Part shown: positions 61,402-64,000 of the stretch, one piece after another | How positions within the stretch are numbered: the stretch's first letter is position 1 | Layout of the letters: each line of letters opens with the position of its first letter | Origin: Clostridia bacterium | Lineage (GTDB): Bacteria; Bacillota; Clostridia; TANB77; CAG-465 | Assembly: GCA_045604405.1 (NCBI GenBank) | Contig: JAZUNZ010000018.1 | Location: forward strand, 69,519 to 133,518 | Direction: 5' to 3' | Length of the DNA: 64,000 bases | Notes under the pieces: generated by a model | Database searches by the model: none | Told to the model about the DNA's origin: nothing | Seen by the model: only the letters and a program-made list of their open reading frames with translations | Position numbers and translations under genes: made by a program

Positions 61402-61977
61402 ATGAATATAATTAAGAACCAGCTAGTGAATAGAAATAATGTAAATATCGATTTCGAATTACAGCCTAATGAAGTTATAATTGTATGTAATAATTATATA
61501 AAGGAAGAATTGTTGAAAAAAGGAGTAACTTTTAAAGAGATGTATCCTGGTGTATTTATAGTTACTTCTTTAAAAGGTAATTCAACTTTGCAAGATATAA
61601 ATAAGATTACTATGGTAATTAGATTATATAATCCAGACTTAATAGATGAAGGTAATTTAGTTTCTCAAATGTCTGAGGAAAAAATGGATGCATTTTTTCA
61701 AAAACATCATTGGGGTGTTGAAAAAAGAAAGAAAAAAATGAATATAAAAAAATGTGAATATAAAGGAAAAGAAGATGATTATGAACCAGGGACTTTAATT
61801 GTTACTTATCAAGAAGGTAAAATGGGTAGAGAATATACTTTCAAATTTGGAGATGGTTGGACACAATTACTTGGATACACCAAAGATGAGGTGCGAATAG
61901 AAGAGGTATGGGATAGATATTTATTTAACGAAACTGTAAAATCATGGCTCGAAAATGGTTATGATTCTGCAGAATAG
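61402..61977 (+). CDS. hypothetical protein (191 aa)
   Basis: ATG follows AAGTGGGGA. A terminator lies at 62028-62066 (ATACTCCAGCA...TGCTGGAGTAT plus T run). Confidence 0.5.
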   Translation: MNIIKNQLVNRNNVNIDFELQPNEVIIVCNNYIKEELLKKGVTFKEMYPGVFIVTSLKGNSTLQDINKITMVIRLYNPDLIDEGNLVSQMSEEKMDAFFQKHHWGVEKRKKKMNIKKCEYKGKEDDYEPGTLIVTYQEGKMGREYTFKFGDGWTQLLGYTKDEVRIEEVWDRYLFNETVKSWLENGYDSAE

Positions 61978-62142
61978 TACAAATCTCGTTTTGAAAAGCG
62001 TGGATTATCAGTAACAGAGTTTTAAAAATACTCCAGCAGACTTAAAAGTTTGCTGGAGTATTTTTATTAATAATTTTCATAGTATAAAATCTACGGACAC
62101 GAATGTTATAATTGACAGCCAAAGATTTTGAAGTCTCTGGCT

Positions 62143-62285
62143 GGATTACCATTGAATGCAGTATATAAATACTGGATTACAATGTATTAATATTATATGC
62201 AATATTTTAAAAAAATATAATAAAACGATAGTCTTGTGACTATCGGATTACAATGATTACGTTACTTTCGCAACGGATTACAATG
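62143..62285 (+). repeat. four direct copies of GGATTAC(A/C)A(T)TG
   Basis: Copies start at 62143 (GGATTACCATTG), 62174, 62245 and 62275 (GGATTACAATG), all in the same orientation. Spacings are 31, 71 and 30 nt. Confidence 0.7.
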
Positions 62286-62340
62286 TTTTGTTAATTCAAT
62301 TATACCATATTTAGAAAAAAAGTCAAATTTTTTAGGAAAC

Positions 62341-62820
62341 TTATTCCCATTTTGTCATGGTATAATATTTTGTTAATGCTATATTAATGTTATTCCAATC
62401 GTTTAAAGTAATTTTTGTTAATTTGCCTTTTGTTCTATGAGGATTAATTATTCTTAACTTACTTATATTTTTAAGTTGTTCTATTAAAACCGTTGAATTA
62501 TGATTTTCTAAATCTATATGATACCATCTTGTATCATTCATTCTTTCAGAAGTTAAAGGTAATATCGTACAAATAGGAGAATTTCTTTTTGTTTTTACAA
62601 CTAATACAGGTCTAATTTTATTTTGTTCACTACCAATATTTATTCCTAAATTGCACCAATAAATATAATTACTTGTTATAGGAAAGCTAGGAATATCTTT
62701 TTTAAATTTCATATTAGCTTTATCTTTAGTCCAAGTAGCATATTCAATAGCACTAGATTCATCTATATCACTTAAAATATCTATTGTTTCATTAAATTGT
62801 TTATTTATTTCTTTGTTCAT
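62341..62820 (-). CDS. MazF/PemK-family toxin-like protein with a ~55-aa N-terminal extension
   Basis: IYWCNLGINIGSEQNKIRPVLVV...ILPLTSE matches the PemK core. No SD-like sequence upstream, and no adjacent small ORF. Confidence 0.6.
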   Translation of the reverse strand: MNKEINKQFNETIDILSDIDESSAIEYATWTKDKANMKFKKDIPSFPITSNYIYWCNLGINIGSEQNKIRPVLVVKTKRNSPICTILPLTSERMNDTRWYHIDLENHNSTVLIEQLKNISKLRIINPHRTKGKLTKITLNDWNNINIALTKYYTMTKWE

Positions 62821-63035
62821 ATTTCTAATTGTATCACAGAATTTGCAATAATAAAAGAAATTTATGGAAATTTATAGAAAATATTTGTCTCAATCGTTAT
62901 GAGTGGCAAAAGGTTGTAGATAACTACTTCGTTGGCACCAAATAAAGACAATCAAAACATGTTAATTTAATAAATAATTGCACACAAAAAAGAACTGGAT
63001 AAAGTGTTTAGCTTTTATTCAGTTCTTTTTGAATG

Positions 63036-64000
63036 TTATTTGTTTCTTAATTCGTTATACAAGCTAATAACAAAAGCATTTATTTCATCAGACTTTGTTT
63101 CTACATCTTTCAGAAGCAAGAACTGATTTAAAAATCTGTCTTTATTATGAGTTTTGTGTTTGATTTTGAAGTAAACATCGTTGTTGATATAGTCCGTCAA
63201 AAATCTTAAAGCGAGCTCATAGGTAAGAATTTTTATTGACAGCCCTATATATTTTACCTCTTCATAAGTTAAGAAGTTTGCCATTTCTTCCAAATAACCC
63301 TTAAGATACGACTTTGTAAGTTCCAAGTTCAAGAATATCTTGTCTGGATCTGTTTCATCTTCAAAACAGTTGGAACACGCAGAACGTATTCCGTCGCCGA
63401 TATCAAACAAGATGGAACCAGGCATTACGGTATCCAGGTCGATAACAGCGATACCTTCGTTGCTTGTAGAACTCATAAGCACATTGTTAAGCTTTGTGTC
63501 GTTATGAGTAACTCTTACAGGGATGGTTTTGCCCATGCTGTTCCAGATAACAGAATACTCTTTTATCTTTGAAATCAAATAAATGATTTCGTGCGGATTC
63601 TCAAAGGCTCTATTTGTAACACCATTTTCAATGGCTGTTAATAAATCTTGGAATCTCTTGGGAGTATTGTGGAAATTAGGAATAGTTTCGGCAAGAAGAT
63701 TTACAGGGAAGTCGCTTAAGAGCTTATGAAAAAAGCCAAAACATTTTCCTGCGTGATAAGCTACCAAGTTTGGATTATCACATTCGCCAAAATTGTTATA
63801 TGAAATACAGGGATCTATATATTCATATACTCTGTAGTATTCTTTTTCGCAATCTGCGTTAGTGTACGTGTACATTAAATTGCCTTCGCGCGTTCGAATA
63901 AAGGTAAGAGTCTGGTAGGTCTTATCCGGAATAATATCCAGCTTAGCTTTGATATGTTGAGTTATAAGCCCGATATTTTTCATAACAAGGTAAGGTTCTT
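63036..64000 (-). CDS. N-acetylhexosamine 1-kinase-like phosphotransferase (APH/NahK family), 5' end outside window
   Basis: IPNFHNTPKRF, VRVTHNDTKLNNVLM, VIDLDTVMPGSILFDIGD. The frame stays open beyond ATG 63983 to the window edge. Confidence 0.75.
   Translation of the reverse strand, partial: EPYLVMKNIGLITQHIKAKLDIIPDKTYQTLTFIRTREGNLMYTYTNADCEKEYYRVYEYIDPCISYNNFGECDNPNLVAYHAGKCFGFFHKLLSDFPVNLLAETIPNFHNTPKRFQDLLTAIENGVTNRAFENPHEIIYLISKIKEYSVIWNSMGKTIPVRVTHNDTKLNNVLMSSTSNEGIAVIDLDTVMPGSILFDIGDGIRSACSNCFEDETDPDKIFLNLELTKSYLKGYLEEMANFLTYEEVKYIGLSIKILTYELALRFLTDYINNDVYFKIKHKTHNKDRFLNQFLLLKDVETKSDEINAFVISLYNELRNK

Noticed and set aside
62143-62285. The repeat array considered as a CRISPR locus.
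   Set aside because: The repeat unit is only 11-12 nt, the spacing is irregular (30/31/71 nt), and there is no cas gene or leader. It is not a CRISPR array.

Overview
This is an AT-rich chromosomal segment from a spore-forming Clostridia-class Firmicute. Spot counts of single 60-nt lines give about 27-30% GC. Most of the window is core housekeeping and sporulation genes: ABC-F, aspartate kinase, tsaC/Sua5, mini-RNase III, spoIIE, agcS, metK behind a SAM-I riboswitch, nadK, ogg, yabP-yabQ-divIC, yqfC-yqfD-ybeY-dgkA, asp23/amaP, nusB-xseA-xseB, glyQS. RNA genes are tRNA-Gly(UCC) and tmRNA (ssrA). No rRNA, CRISPR array or prophage was seen. There are five accessory regions. (1) Two small cassettes sit downstream of tRNA-Gly, each closed by a repeated copy of the tRNA 3' end plus its terminator; one carries an AbiEi/AbiEii pair. 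(2) An agrBD / agrCA quorum-sensing locus has a cysteine-free AgrD candidate. (3) A Gram-positive type IV pilus locus (32.6-43.7 kb) has non-canonical prepilin leaders, a pilin-DUF285 adhesin fusion behind a T12 promoter tract, and a PilD-like gene that lacks the peptidase half. (4) A roughly 9.8 kb Tn4451-like mobilizable element lies just downstream of ssrA (51.5-61.3 kb), with a large serine recombinase, a MobV relaxase with oriT, and TnpV. (5) A small region beyond the element holds an iteron-like repeat array and a solitary MazF-like gene. The most interesting feature is the sole cargo of the mobilizable element. It is a tightly coupled five-gene operon (55775-60758) encoding a pyruvate-kinase-like barrel, a divergent adenylosuccinate-synthetase-like enzyme, a uridine-kinase-like P-loop kinase, a J-domain/pseudokinase fusion and a vWA protein. 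I do not recognise this combination as any named system. I propose it as a candidate modified-nucleotide conflict or defence module. All calls come from reading the sequence and the ORF track and from recalled family motifs; no database search was run.
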